A stretch of DNA of 64,000 nt. Origin: Podarcis melisellensis (taxonomy: Eukaryota). This document shows positions 12,270-25,504 of the stretch, piece by piece. A program made the translations under genes and the position numbers. Below the pieces are notes generated by a model. It was given only the letters and a program-made list of their open reading frames with translations, had not been told where the DNA came from and did no database searches. Every line of letters starts with the position of its first letter. The stretch's first letter is position 1. The stretch lies in the NCBI GenBank assembly GCA_964234715.1, contig OZ174275.1; one strand, written 5' to 3'.

Positions 12270-15200
12270 TTAATGCCTGTTGCAGGAATTGTAAAGCTCG
12301 CGGTGCTGTACAATTTTCAAAACTGTATTTTTAACTTTTACATTATATTTTATTGCATTACAAGTTCCATTCCATAGAATTCAAATGGTTAAGTGCTCTT
12401 CACAGAACCATGCTGCTGGCTAGTTGACTGAAGCTTGTGGGCCAGTTTGGGAACCCCTGGACAAGCAGACATAGGAGGGGGGAAATCAAAGGAGGTGGGT
12501 AGAAAACAGATGGATTATCAAAGCAAATCATTTCAACTCTTCTGGACGGGAGTGGCTCAAACAAGACATTCAGGCCAACTAGAAGCAAGTAGCACAGGCT
12601 TCTCCGTCACCTAGACAAAACCAGCTTGCTTGATTCGTAAGCAAGGCAGTGGCAGCAGTGCATGCAACAACATGTTCAGAAAAAATGTATGTACTACTCT
12701 AGAGGGCAGGGAAAGGGGCGTGCCGATTAACATGCAGACAGGACTGTGCCGAATTGCCCTTCCATTAAAGGAGGCTGGTTTCAACCATGGGAGGAGTAGG
12801 GGGTTGCTGATTTGAAAATATTTCCAAGGCCTGCAACTCACTAATGTTGCAATACAGCTGGTCTCCGGGTATATTAAGCAAGAGTTCCCCCCCAGCAGGA
12901 ATTTGGAAGGGTGGGAGGGGAGGAGAAGGGGGGTGGGGAAGCAAGAGACCCTATTCAGTTTAGCTTGCGGGTCACTGTAAAAATCCTGTATGTAAAAAAA
13001 GGCAGACCCCCCCCTGCCCCCCAAAGGTAATGGTCTCAACTTTTGCCCTCTTCATGTCAAATGACAGTAATATCTATAAAGAAGATGGGCACAATCATGT
13101 TTTCTGCCAACTTGGCTCTTGGGCTGTTTGACCCATTATAGGCCAGCAAACCCAGCTTTGCCACCTGACAGGGAGCTGCTGCCAACCCTGGTGCTCCTCT
13201 CAGCCTTTCTGTACTTTCCAGATGTGTGTATTGCACACGTTATATTTTTATGCATGAATCGGCTCTTAATCCGTATGTCATGGGGTCAGAACCAAACCTT
13301 AAAAGTCTGTGACAACATTGGAATTCAACCAGTCACAAAGGGTTAGCCATCGGCCAATCAAACACAGCATCAGAAAGCGCAGCATGGCATATTTCACAGC
13401 AGAACTCTCATCATCCCCAACCACTGGCTGTGCTGACTGGGGTTGATGGGAACCCAACAACATCTGAAGGGCCACAGGCTCTGCCCCTGCCGCCATGTTC
13501 TATAGGTTGTTAGGACTTTTGTTTTTACTTGTGGAGAATGCAGCAGCAGCAGAACTGTCTGGCAAGCCACACTCTGTGTTTGGCTGTGTTTGGAGATTGT
13601 GGGTGCTGGCAGTAGCTGTAAGTTGAAGAACTGCAGAAGGGTGTGTCACGAGGACTTGCTTCTACTTAGCCACAAGAACAGCCAAAGCTGCACTTAAGAG
13701 AAAGGCCAGGAGATTGGCTTCTAATGGCAATATACACCATCAGCAGAATCATCCCGGTGTTACAAAGTCAGTTTGAGCAAGTCTGTTTCCATAACATCAC
13801 ATGCACCTTCCCTACATTTGCCTTGAAACTAGGTTTCAGGAAAATCAAGAGGGAGAACTAATGGTCTCGCTGTCAGTAGTAGTTTGTTCCTTCCAGCATC
13901 ACCATTCCACTTGTCTTGTCTCCCCAGACCTGTCTCAAAGTTCCAGCTATAAGAAGTGAAGCCAGAAGGCAGCACTTACAAGTCCATACTGGGAATACAA
14001 TATCCACAAGACTCCCATTGTCCTCTGTTCCCCACCCAGAATGTCCAAAGGCCAAGTCAACTACATGGATGAGCTAAAGTCTAACTTGAGAATGACAGAT
14101 GAGAGATTTTGCAACGGAACTAACATGTGCCAGCCTGTCAGAATATGTTGCAGAGCAGGACAAATAGGTAAAAATAAAATTTCAAAAATCTTCAAGTGTG
14201 CTTTTACAAAAGAGACAAGTATGCAATTCTTAACTACAGGTTTGGCTGATAAAAGGTATTTCTTATGCATTTTATGGCCATCCCATTTCTCACACAGCCA
14301 AAGAGCTAACGGGGATGTGGGGACAGCAGAAGTGTATCTGAAGGAGCATGCAAGTTACAATTTTGACCAGACGGAGAAGGGGGACATAAGACACCCAAGG
14401 AACAAATAAATGGAAGTTAAGGATAACAAGGCATGAATGCAAGCAGGCTCTCTTCCGTAATTCACCCGATGCTTTCTGAATGTCCTGCCCACTTTCTTCT
14501 TCTTAGTTCTTGTGGTTGCATACAGCCCACAAAATAGGAAACCCTACTAGAGGGTAAAGCCACCATGGTTTGTACTTCCCTAAGTCAGACAGCTGTGGCT
14601 CATGCTTTGATGACTCAGGTAATGGCAACCACCAGATCTATTCCGCAAGCTCCCCTCCTGTCACTAAACCCAGAATAGCTCTAAAAGCAACTCAGAAGCC
14701 CCTTGATTAGCCAACACCCCAGCAAGTCCTACTTCATCATGGAGGAATGTGCAAGCATCACTGGTATTGTCACCATCCCTTAATGACCACCATGACATTA
14801 TAGGATTTCAGCTCCAGATCTCCAGTTTTAGTATACAGATATCCGGATAAGATTAACAGCAGTCAGTGGGTGTATTTATAAGAAGCAAAGGGTTTCCAAA
14901 TTCTTTTGAATCTCAAGACCATTCATTAACTACCGTCTTTCATCAGGCAGAACACTTACGAATAAAACCACCACTCTACACCACTTAACCTTCCCTTCTA
15001 CCTAAAGTAGAACCTAGCAGAGGATGATCTCCCAACCAAACATTCTTACAAGCTATTAAGACAAACTCAGTTTTGAGCTATGTGGAAGCAAGTGCTTCAA
15101 TTGCAAAATCCTAAGGCAAGAACAAAGACAGCCAAGTTCACACAGTTCATGTTACAGAATCATGAACCATTCACTCCATTCTCCCTGTTTGCCAGTCCAA

Positions 15201-18200
15201 CCCACCCTGCTCCTACTACCCACTGCTCCTGCTGGCAACAATATCACAGTAACTCATTAAACCTATCTGGCCTTCCAACTACTGATATCAGCAGCTGCAC
15301 AGATAACACTGTTCAATTCATGTGGGGGGGGAAGCCATTTTAACCTGCAGACTTTCAATACACTCTCCTTTTCCATTTACAGACAGTTTGCAAGTCATTT
15401 TATCAAAGGGACACTTGCTTTCCACATGTATAAATAATTAGCTTGGCAAATTTCAGATTCAAGGACAAGTATAAAAATAAGTAGAAGTCCACCTTTGCCA
15501 GCATTTCAGAAACAACAAACATCATTGTGGATGAGATCTTTCTACCATGCAACTAGCTGCACACCCAAAACTCAGCAGCTGCAAGATTTCCAAGCTTGCC
15601 ACTTCCTCACTTAAGCCCACTTCAAGATTTAAGCAAATGAAAAACTGCAGAAGCCATCCCAGCCAGGTCTGCCACTTCTCAAAAATGAAAGTTAGGAGCA
15701 CTATATGCAGATATAAATATAGAATATCCCCATCTAGAGCCAATATGAGGAGAGGAACCAAGTGTGGTATGGCAAGTTCCGCTGCTACTGCCTGTTCAAC
15801 CCTGTCCCCCACTTTACCACTGAGCTGTCAAGACACATTTGTTCTGCCTTGCATCACTGTCCTCTCTCAAATTTTCAACCTTGCTTGCTAAGCACAGAAG
15901 CCTGTCCCCAGCCCATTCCAGATTACTATAGGCTTGATGAGAGTAACACAAGGTGTGCAAAACCAGTAGTGCAGCTAAAATCTAAGATGCACAAGCCTGA
16001 TGCTCCTTTTATCAGGGATGGGGAACCAGTGACCCTTCAAATGTTGATGGGACTCAATACTCCCACCAGACCAGCAAATGCTCAGGGATAATGGAAATTG
16101 TACTCCAGCAATATTTGGAAGGTCACAGCTTCCCCACAATCTCCAGATTGTGGCCCTCTATGGCAGCACCATGTTTATCATGCTGCATCCCTCCCTTTCT
16201 GAAAGGAGCTCTAGATGGCACATATGGGGTTATTCGATGTTATTATATTCACAACAGCCCTGCAAGGTATCTCAAGCAGAGATTAAGCATGCAGTTCTTG
16301 ACTACAAATATAGCTAACAGATGACACTTCTTATGGATTTTATAACCAGGGGACCTTTTGGCTAAGTAACACAGAACTACCTTATTCACATGCAACACTG
16401 TCCACTACAATATAGTCCTAAAAAATTCCTTAGCTCAGGAAGTTAAGGTTTATTATGACTTTCTCTTAAGGTGGGAGCTGCAGCTGCCTTTCTACCATCA
16501 ACTTACTGCTGGCCTTTGAGAAGTCATGCTTCTCTTTAAAATGGAGGTGAGGGAAATTCCCCTCAGCATGTGCTCAGCCTAGTACACTGCCCCACCCCAG
16601 AGTGCAAGCAAGCAGTCTGCAACTCAGGTACCAGAGTGCTGAACTTTGCTTCCTCAAAAGGCGGCCATGAGCTTTACAGAGTACTCATATGTGTTTACGT
16701 GCTACTTTTCTGAAAGGGTTTCATGTTCCCACCGAGTCATCCACTAGGCTGGCCAGAAACATTTTTGGACTCAGTCCATACAGGTGCAGAAAAGGAGTCA
16801 ATGAGTTTTCAATGGTTCAGTCTATTTACTCCATTCAGATGGAGCTTAGGTGACACCCCACCACCTGCCAAATTGTCCCTCCCCACCACCCCAAAGGAAC
16901 CACCTCAAGAAGCATGAGGGCTAAGCTATATAGGATCCATCTCCACTGCCACGAGAAACCTTCGCTAGTCTGTTCAAGAGCTTCTCTCTCCCAAAGCCTG
17001 GACTATAAAAAAGATCAGTGGCTGCTCACCTCTCCAGGAAATGTATATTCAGCCCAAGTGGTACTACCACAAAGCAAAAGGGGAAGAGAGATAGTGGCAA
17101 GAGCCCCATAACTACCAGTCCTTTGATATTAAGGCATTTCTCTGTAGATCTCAAGGGAGGCAGGGAGAGTGCCTGCACTCTGCCAATCCCATACTTCCTT
17201 TGTACTGGAGGACAGGACAATCTCTTCTTCTACTGCACGCATTTGTTCTCACTGGCAGAAAGCCAGGATTTCTAACATTTTAGATATATATTATTGTGTT
17301 ATAGGGCGACTTCTGAACTCACAAGCTGCCCTGTCTTGTTTCGTTAGACCCAAACACAGAAAGCCCCTCCCTGCTCCTTTTTGAAGTGTCTTTGTGTTCG
17401 GGCCTCACAGAGAGTGAGCTTTCTTAAGGGCTTGGTGGCCAAGGCAGGTTACTACTGTACTGCAATTCCACTGGATTCTCTACCTCAGAGGACCTGGACA
17501 AGGAACAGCAGAAGAAACAAAATGGCACAGAACGGACAGTACAGGAACTCAACCAACTCTCTCCGACAGCTGCATTGTGAATTGCTCCTCCTTTTGCTAT
17601 TCTATCCACTCAGCACAATACGGGTATGGTGGTCTGTGAAAATTGCTTTTGGATGTTAGCATCTTTGTCTGGGATCCACATCCTCCACAAGATCCAGAAT
17701 CCAGAGCATGCTTTCCCCAGGAGTCCCCCTTTCAACTCCTGTCTTGAATAATAAGAAATCCAAAATATAATCACAAGTTCTATGGGGGGGCAGGTATTCA
17801 CACATCCCCGATCAGCGCACTTTTCTAGAGTTAACAGAGGCACATCTCTGCCCAAAAGCAGCCTAAAATTCAACAATGGGAGAGGACAGTAGGAAAAACA
17901 AGAGAGGGGATGGATGAAAGAATCAGATAAATGTGGGAGCAAATGCAGTTAAGTTTCTTACAAAGATTTCAGGGTACAGCTAACCAAGATCCTGAATGCC
18001 GACGGTACTTCTGACTGGTGGGAGACCCATAGTAATGAAATATAAGCCTAAGCATCAGCTGGTTTCATGAGCATTCCTGCTTTTATAGAGACGCCCCCAA
18101 ATATTTTAACGATTTAGGGAATTAGTAGTAAAAAAAAAAGTTCGCAAGTCGCCTGAAGGCTAGCAGACGAAAAGGCTTCAGCGTTTTTGAAAAATCTCAA

Positions 18201-18299
18201 CCCTTTAAAACAAAGGCAAGGTTGCTTAGACCAGTAGATAAAAATCCAGTTACCTCTCAATGCCCGATGGCAAAAGGCCCACTCCCCACTCCCTGAAAG

Positions 18300-19960
18300 G
18301 CGGAGGCTAGCAGCCCCTACTTTAAAAAAAGAAAAAACGAAGGACTTTTGCGTCCTTCTACCCGAAGAGTCGAGTTCCGAGCGGCTCACTAGGGAGTCCG
18401 TTTCGAAGCAGCCTCTGGAGAACAAGAGAAAGAGGCCCCCACCCAAACGCACCTGGGGAGAAGCAAAATGGGATCCACCCAGCCCGGTGCCTTTCGGAGC
18501 GCGCTTGACACGGGAGCCGCGAGGGAGAGCGACGCGCGCGGCCCAACTCCTCTCTCTCCTCTCTTCCGAAGCGGCACCTTGGGAAACCGGGGGGGGGGGG
18601 GAGAACCTCCTTCCCCAGGAACTCCCCTCACATTCCTCTCCTTCAGTCGCCACAAGAAAGGGAGGGGGAGGAGAAAGGGGGGAGCCAGCAGCCCTCCAAT
18701 GCACACCACCCTCCACACAACACAAAAGTTTTTCTTCGAGGGAGGGAGGGGAGAGGTGCTTTTATTGTAATGCACCGCCTTACCTTTGTCTTTTTTGCCC
18801 CCCGCACTCTCCCCTTCGGGAATCGCGCAGCCCCTCTCTCGAATGCTAACTAAGCAAGTTTTACTTCTTCCCTTCTTACAGGTTTTGGTTTTTTTTAAAG
18901 AGGCGTGTGGCGGGGAGGGGGGGCTGGAGAGAAGAGGCAGGCTTTTCTTTTCTCGCGTCCGTGAGAGTCGCCGCCGAGCCAAGTGCTCCTCAGTTTCCTC
19001 CTCTGATCATTCAGCTTGACAACTTCGTGTAGAGACTGCACGGGACCAGACGCCTTTTTGTCCCGCTGCAATTGCAAGGCAGAGGGCGTGCGGGAGGGGG
19101 AAATAATAAAAAAAGCGTGCCGTTTCCTAACAAAAGCACTAAAGACTCCAAGAATAAAATCTCAAAGGGAGCTTTTTTATATATATAAAAACACCAGCAG
19201 CAGCGCGCGCACACACAAAAGGCGACGGAAAAAAAAACCGAGGAGCGCTGCAGCGATCTCCTGCTCCTCCTCCTTTTCCTGCGGGACCTTTTCTCTCGCT
19301 TTTTCTTTCGCCCTCCCCCCCCTCGCTCAGCTCCAACACCTAAAATGGAAGTTGCACCCAGCCGACGGCAAAGGAGGCTGGGTGGTGACAAACTGTGCGC
19401 TCCAGCCCAGCCCCTTTTTCCCTAAGTGATGTCAGCTTCTGCACGGCTCCAATGGGAGGCAGGCATCAATCAGGGAGCCGAGGCTATCCAATAGGAAACT
19501 CCATTGTAGAATTTCTTTTTTTAAAAAAAAAAGAGAGGAGAGGAGATACAGACAAAAAAAAGGGGGGACCGCATAAGAAGGGAAAACAAGGAAATATTGC
19601 TTAAAATCATAAACAAAGCCAGGTTTCCATTAAAAGAGACAGGAACGCTCTCCATCCCTTTACATTGCAAGGATGCGCTCACATTGCAATTCAACATGCA
19701 AAACTTCCGCCGGCGGCAATGGAGGAAGATTCCCGGGACCGAAGTCAATTTTTAATTATTTGCGTTTCCTGTCTTCGGCGAGCTTTCGCAGCGCCTTTAC
19801 ACTTCGGTCCTAGGCGTGCTTACTCGGAAGTAATTCCGATGAATTGATCGCTAGGAAGCATCGCCACTGAATTGCAGCCACCTCTCGTGAAGGCTAAACG
19901 TTGACTGAGGCGGCGATCCCGCTGGACTTCGACGGGACTTGTTTCCTTGTACTGTAAAGT
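18300..19960. promoter_or_regulatory. CTNND1: CpG island / CTNND1 promoter
   Basis: High GC and CpG density; CCAAT boxes near 19449 and 19488; YY1-like AAAATGG at about 19342-19348. Confidence 0.8.
18784..19400 (-). other. CTNND1: CTNND1 (p120 catenin) non-coding exon 1 (5'UTR); coding exons lie beyond the left edge of the window
   Basis: Minus strand reads CAGTTTGTCACCACCCAGCC...GGCTGGGTGCAACTTCCATTTTAGGTGTTGG, matching my recollection of the mammalian CTNND1 mRNA 5' end. It lies in a CpG island at the syntenic position next to BTBD18. Donor AAG|GTAAGG at 18784/18783; an alternative donor CCT|GTAAGA lies near 18879. TSS approximate. Confidence 0.75.
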
Positions 19961-21419
19961 GCGCCTAGGACTGCAGCCTTATTTGTTCTTGTGGGCGCTT
20001 TCCTTGCACTTTGCATGCAAGCGCTCCATCTCCGGAAGGGAGGAGACGGGCACTACCTATAACAAAAGGAATGCAGTTTCTAATCCTACCTTGGTTATAT
20101 TAGGATTCCTTTGAAACGCACATGGCCAGATAATCAAGTCTTACTTGGCAGCATTGTTAATTGACATCAACTGACAGAAATTTACCCCCCCCCCCGCCGC
20201 CCCTTTTTCTGTGGTAAATCAGCTTCTTTGTCTCTTTTATTGGCCTGTGTTTGGAATTTACACAATACAATACAATACAATACAATGCGTGCTTTGATTT
20301 CTTTTTTATTGTGTCTCCAATACAGTACTGCCGTCCTAAACATGCATGAAGCTTGGTTCTGTGCCGGCTAACTCAAAAATCAATCCCCCTAATTTAATCA
20401 TAAGGCAAGATAGAAATGCTTGGAGTACTGCAAGGAATTCACAGAATTGCACTCCTGTTAGGAAATATTCTGCTGAAATTAATGGGATTACTGCTGCTGA
20501 GTAAGGATGGACTGGAACATTTTGCAAGGTGCAATAGCAGGAGAAACAGACATGTCATTATAAATGTTGTCATAGTCTCTTCAACATCACTGAAAATCAT
20601 ATGCTGGTCATAAGTATGTAAACTGCCTTGAAATTCTCAGTCATTTCTCGTTTTTACACATGAGATGACCTCTGATGAGATCCAAAGGCTCTTTCACAGT
20701 ATTGATGGTTTGCTGCTGGTCCACCTCATCTGCCATTTTTCAAAGCCATATTATAAATGTAACAATTACAGTTAAGACTGAAAATTAGGCTGCACAATGA
20801 GACTTCTGAATAAATATATTTAGCATTACACTGTTATAGGTCCATCATACACATCAAGGCTAACAAAAAAAAATTGGTTGAGGGCTTCATTCCTTCTCCG
20901 GACCATATTCTAGCAGTGGGCATAGCCCAGGATGAAGTTCTTAGTTATCCAGTCCAGAACAAAGGCTACCCTGTTTCAGTCTCTACCATGACCAACTTAG
21001 ATTAGAATATTTATTTTATGCAGGTCAACTCAGAAGTTAGCAATACTGGGTTTGATGAGGTTACTCTCAAATAATATGAAAATATATTTATAATAGGTCA
21101 ATACAGCTACTATTCCAGAAAAGAAGTGAAATTAATTCCTTTCTGATTTTAAGGTGCCATACAGAAATAGAATCAAACATCTATGTATGAAGCTACCAAT
21201 TTTTTACACAGCAGAGGGGAAAATGTATTTTCTCCAAGCCATACACACATGTGTGGTTAACAAAAATGCACACCAAAAATATTCACAAAAAATAATTGTT
21301 TATTTGTAAATGCTTAATAAATGGCAATATGGGATAAATTCCTGTTTTTCAGTGGTTTAAGGATAAGTTTAGGATTTGTAATCAGAGATCCATCTATCAT
21401 GTACAATTTATAGCAAAGG

Positions 21420-21523
21420 TTGGACATCCATCTGTCATGGATGCTTTAGCTGATATTCCCGCATTGCAGGGGGTTGGACTAGATGACCCTCGGGGTCTCT
21501 TCCAACTCTACAATTCTGATTCT
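21420..21523 (+). mobile_element. CR1-like 3' end
   Basis: gcagggggttggactagatgacc...ttccaactctacaattctgattcta terminal repeat. Confidence 0.6.
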
Positions 21524-23111
21524 AAGAATTGTTATAAAGCTTATTTTATATCTAACCAAAAGGTATACCTTTCTGAGCTTTCCCTGTATTCTGCCAAGTA
21601 CGGTATATACCGTAATAATGACACACACTCAGTGCAAGCTCAGTGTCAGCCCCTAAATCAGTGATGGGGAACATGCAGCCCGATGGTGGGACTACAACTT
21701 CCATCATCCCTGGCCATTAGCTGGTACTGATGGGAACTGGAGTGCAACAACATTTGCAATGCCACAGATTCCACACCCTTGCCCTGCACCAGAGAGGAGT
21801 AAAAATGCGACGAGTGCCATATCAGATTGAAACAATCTCTGGGCAGACAGTGAGTGTGTCTTTCACAAAACGAAAAGTGCACAGCACTTGTATGTTTGAC
21901 ATTCAGTGCTTTAAAAAAAATCAGGGAAATTCTGCACATGCTCAGAGTCAATTGATCTAAGGTGTCAGCATGTTTGGAAAGAAAGGATGGCAGTCTTAAT
22001 TATCTACATTTGAACATGCTTTTAGACACTTTATTGAGACTTAAAAAATCTATATGGTTAGGAGTGATTAAAAAGGGGGGGTTGTTCTGTCATTTTAATA
22101 TCAATTTAAGGTACACAAAAGATTGCTGTGCGCTCATATGGCCAGAGTCTACATAGGTTAATGGCACTGCAAGAGAAAGCGATCATTATTATGGAGTAAT
22201 TAATATAGAAAAAAGAAAGTGGATGATGATATAACATGGAAAATAATGGTACTTTCCCACATAGTACCCAATTAGTGTTCAGACTGTTCATTATGCTCTG
22301 ATCATCTGACCAAAGTTTCCTACAGATACGTACTGCAATAATAACTCAAAACCCTCACTGATTTGTTACTTGTAGTTTTGGCCAATTTATAAACTTTGCA
22401 GAGAGTTAACAAAATCAGCAGGAGCTTTCATGCTGGGTTATATTCATTTGGGTTAGATCTAGATAAGCCATTTAAATAATGGACAATCAAGTTGATAGCA
22501 CCTGTTAGGTGTTAAACTGATTCTACTTTTTCAACACTATGCGGTAAGTACAGGTTTATCAATGCCAGTGTTTCTCAAACAGTGGACTGCTTCCTGGCTA
22601 TGAAAACAGTATCAGAAAGCTGGAAAACTTCCTCGAACTTCACAGTGAGCAATTGGTATAGCTGTGTTTGGTGCCTTGCTCTCTCTGAGAAACAAACACA
22701 TAGCATCAGGCACACATACTCACACAGTGGGACCCACCAGGGGCCTTAGGCCACTTTCAGGAGGGCCTCAATGTCACAGCTTGCTTAGTGCCCCCTCACT
22801 GGCCTGCCCCAGCCCCATAGCCGATCGGATGGACCAGCAGCTCCTTGCACACTGAGTCAAGGTGGTCTGAGTTCTGAGGGGGAGGAGGAAGGAAGGTCTC
22901 TCTTCTCTGAGGGGAAAGGGCCAGAGGAGGTGTAGAAGCAAATTAGAAAGTGATAGGGAAAGTTAAACAAACCATATGGGGATAGAAGCAAAGGGAGATA
23001 GTAGAAGAAAGCTGTTACAGGAAGAAAAAAAGTGAATGAGAAAGGACACGGGGAAGGGCTGAAAGAAACTGACAGTTTGGGATGGCTGCGGATTAAGGTA
23101 TAAATTGAGTA

Positions 23112-23940
23112 CAGTGGTACCTTGGGTTAAGAACTTAATTCATTCCAGAGGTATGTTCTTAACCTGAACTTAATTCATTCCGGAAGCCTGTTCTTAACCT
23201 GAAGCTGTTCTTGACCTGAGGTACCACTTTAGCTAATGGGGTCTCCCGCTGCTGCCGTGCGATTTCTGTTCTCTTTTTTTAAAAAAAGAAATATTTTTAT
23301 TGGTTTTTACACATAATAAGAACAAACAAAACAAACATAAACATTAAAAACAAACAACAAAAATTGACTTCCCCATGCCTTCCCTTCGCCACATCCTTGT
23401 TTTACCATTTTTTCGAGCAACTCATCGATCAGTCTTTAGTCAGGTCCCTTTTGAGTTTTCTTAAAGTTTAAGATTTACAGCTGTAATTCTTTGTTTCCTA
23501 CCCCTTAACATCTTATCTGTCCACAATTTTACAGTAGTTTTTTAGATATATTTTAAATTTCCCCCAGTCCTCTTCCACTGTCTCTTTCCTCTGGTCACGG
23601 ATTCTGCCGGTCATCTCTGCCAGTCCCATATATTCCATCACCTTCGACTGCCATTCTTCCAGAGTAGGTAATTCTTGCATCTTCCAATACTTTGCCAACA
23701 GGATTCTTGCTGCTGTGGTTGCATACATAAAAAATATCTTATCCTTCTTTGATACCAATTGGCCGACCATGCCCAAGAGAAAAGCCTCCGGTTTCTTTAC
23801 AACGTGCGATTTCTGTTCTCATCCTGAAGCAAAGTTCTTAACCCGAGGTACTATTTCTGGGTTAGTGGAGTCTGTAACCTGAAGCGTCTGTAACCTGAAG
23901 CGTCTGTAACCTGAAGCGTCTGTAACCCAAGGTACCACTG
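23112..23940. mobile_element. Tc1/mariner (Tigger/pogo-like) MITE carrying a nested L1-like insertion
   Basis: Perfect 18-bp TIRs CAGTGGTACCTTGGGTTA / TAACCCAAGGTACCACTG; TA TSDs; internal 16-bp tandem GTCTGTAACCTGAAGC, about 3.5 copies at 23870-23927. Confidence 0.85.
23274..23802 (-). mobile_element. 5'-truncated L1-clade LINE (ORF2 C-terminus + 3'UTR + A-tail)
   Basis: 18-bp TSD CGTGCGATTTCTGTTCTC (23256-23273 and 23803-23820); peptide VKKPEAFLLGM...YATTAARILLAKYWK; AATAAA and A-tail on the minus strand. Confidence 0.8.
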
Positions 23941-24219
23941 TATGGGAGAAGAAATCACAGAAGATTGGTAAAAACACTTTGAGAGAGCCACTTAGAGCCT
24001 TGGACGCAGCAAATTCTGCCTAAAATAGGGAGTAAAATCCCAAAGAAAAATCCATACCCGCTGCCTTGTGGGACATCTTCGGGAGAAGAAAAGGCTAAGG
24101 AGGAAACCATACTCAAATCCGGAGTGGAGTTCCTCAGATGTTTGGATGGTGTCTTGTACACTTCCTTCCGGCAATCCCTGCAGCCAAGTTGGTGCCGAAT
24201 GTATTGCTCTACTTTCCTT

Positions 24220-24615
24220 CCCCAAGAAGCCAGAAGCATTCCTGCTACCTATAATAGGACAGGAAATTCCAAATAAAGTAAAAGAAAAAAAACCTCTTCC
24301 TTTACGCAACAGCAGCAGCAAGACTCTAAAATTTGGAAGGAGAGGAAAATCCCTACTGAAAACCAGTGATAATAGAATAAAGCACCGTATGTAGATTTGG
24401 CCATGATGACGGCCAAAATAAGAAATACAAAGAGAAAAATAGTATTAAGTGGGAACAACGAGAGGCGTATTTAAAAAGAAGCGGTATAAATATAAATTTA
24501 CAAGTACTGTAGGGTTAAACATATGAACACCAGTATACATCACAAAAAGTGAAAGATAAGAGGAGGGAAGGATTGGAAAGCTTTAGGAGTTGCAACAAAG
24601 CAACACATACAAAAA
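24220..24615 (+). mobile_element. Second 5'-truncated L1-clade LINE fragment (degenerate)
   Basis: 22-bp flanking direct repeat AATGTATTGCTCTACTTTCCTT (24198-24219 and 24616-24637); begins FPKKPEAFLL, with a frameshifted YATAAARL; ends in an A-run. Confidence 0.7.
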
Positions 24616-25049
24616 AATGTATTGCTCTACTTTCCTTTGGACCAAATCAGCAAGTCCAAGAGGGGCTCTTGTTGTCTGGGCAGCCCAGGACTCACATAGA
24701 AGTCATCATATCTTCAGGGAAAATGTCTATACTTAACTTGAGGAAAGCTAAGCTATGGAACTCCTTGCCACAGGGAGGCTGTTAAAGCAAAGAATTTAGC
24801 AGTTTCCAAAGATATCAATAGAAAAAGCTGCAAGCTGAATAGGACAACCTCTGCCTCCATGTTACCACCATTTTTGGATTGGCTCTGCTCCCAGACCACA
24901 GTTTTGTATGTATCTCCCGCCTGGTAACCAATGTCCCCACTGTGGAAGGACGTGTGGATCCAGAATTGGCCTCCACAGTCACTTACAGACTCATTGTTAA
25001 AACCATGTTTACGGAAGACAATCTTACTCTGCTACAAGTGATCGCCAAA

Positions 25050-25123
25050 GAAGAAAAGAAAGAAGAAGAAGAAGAAGAAGAAGAAGAAGAAGAAGAAGAA
25101 GAAGAAGAAGAAGAAGAAGAAGG
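25050..25123. repeat. (GAA)n microsatellite
   Basis: Direct reading, more than 20 units. Confidence 0.95.
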
Positions 25124-25504
25124 GCCTCAGTAATCTCAAGTGATCTCAAGTGGGGCCCTCAGGGAAGAAAGTCTGAGAACCCCTGATGTAATATCTCAAT
25201 TACCTGGCAGGGTAAGTGAAACATCTCCTCAGGGACAATTGCTTGACTGGATTCCTCAGTGATTGACAATTTGCATATAGCCACAACACACTTTGCATGG
25301 CAAATATAAATAAGCATGTGGCAATTATCCTTCTTTATTCAAAGGTCAGCACATCTTTAATCCAAAAGAATGTTAAGTATGTGCACTCCAGGATAATTCA
25401 CTTACTAATCGAAACATGTCCAAAGGCACAGGTTACACCGAACAAGTTGCCCTAAGATAACCGCAACACACATTTACCTGGTATTACAATATTATTATTA
25501 TTAT

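Noticed and set aside
18845-18882. Plus-strand branch point/pyrimidine tract/CAG acceptor antisense to CTNND1 exon 1
   Set aside because: Intervening AGs and no identifiable partner exon; cannot support an antisense transcript from sequence alone.
18114-19429. Several 100-200-aa ORFs in the CTNND1 CpG island
   Set aside because: GC-rich, stop-poor sequence with no recognisable protein; the p120 N-terminus (MDDSEVES...) was not found in the window.
23870-23927. CRISPR-like or regulatory repeat array
   Set aside because: Spacer-less 16-bp tandem inside a MITE; eukaryotic context, no cas genes.
24879-25133. Poly-Glu ORF
   Set aside because: Translation of the (GAA)n microsatellite.
22566-25185. 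Possible large hAT element bounded by CAGTGTTTCTCAAAC and GTCTGAGAACCCCTG
   Set aside because: No matching 8-bp TSD; the ends may belong to separate decayed elements.
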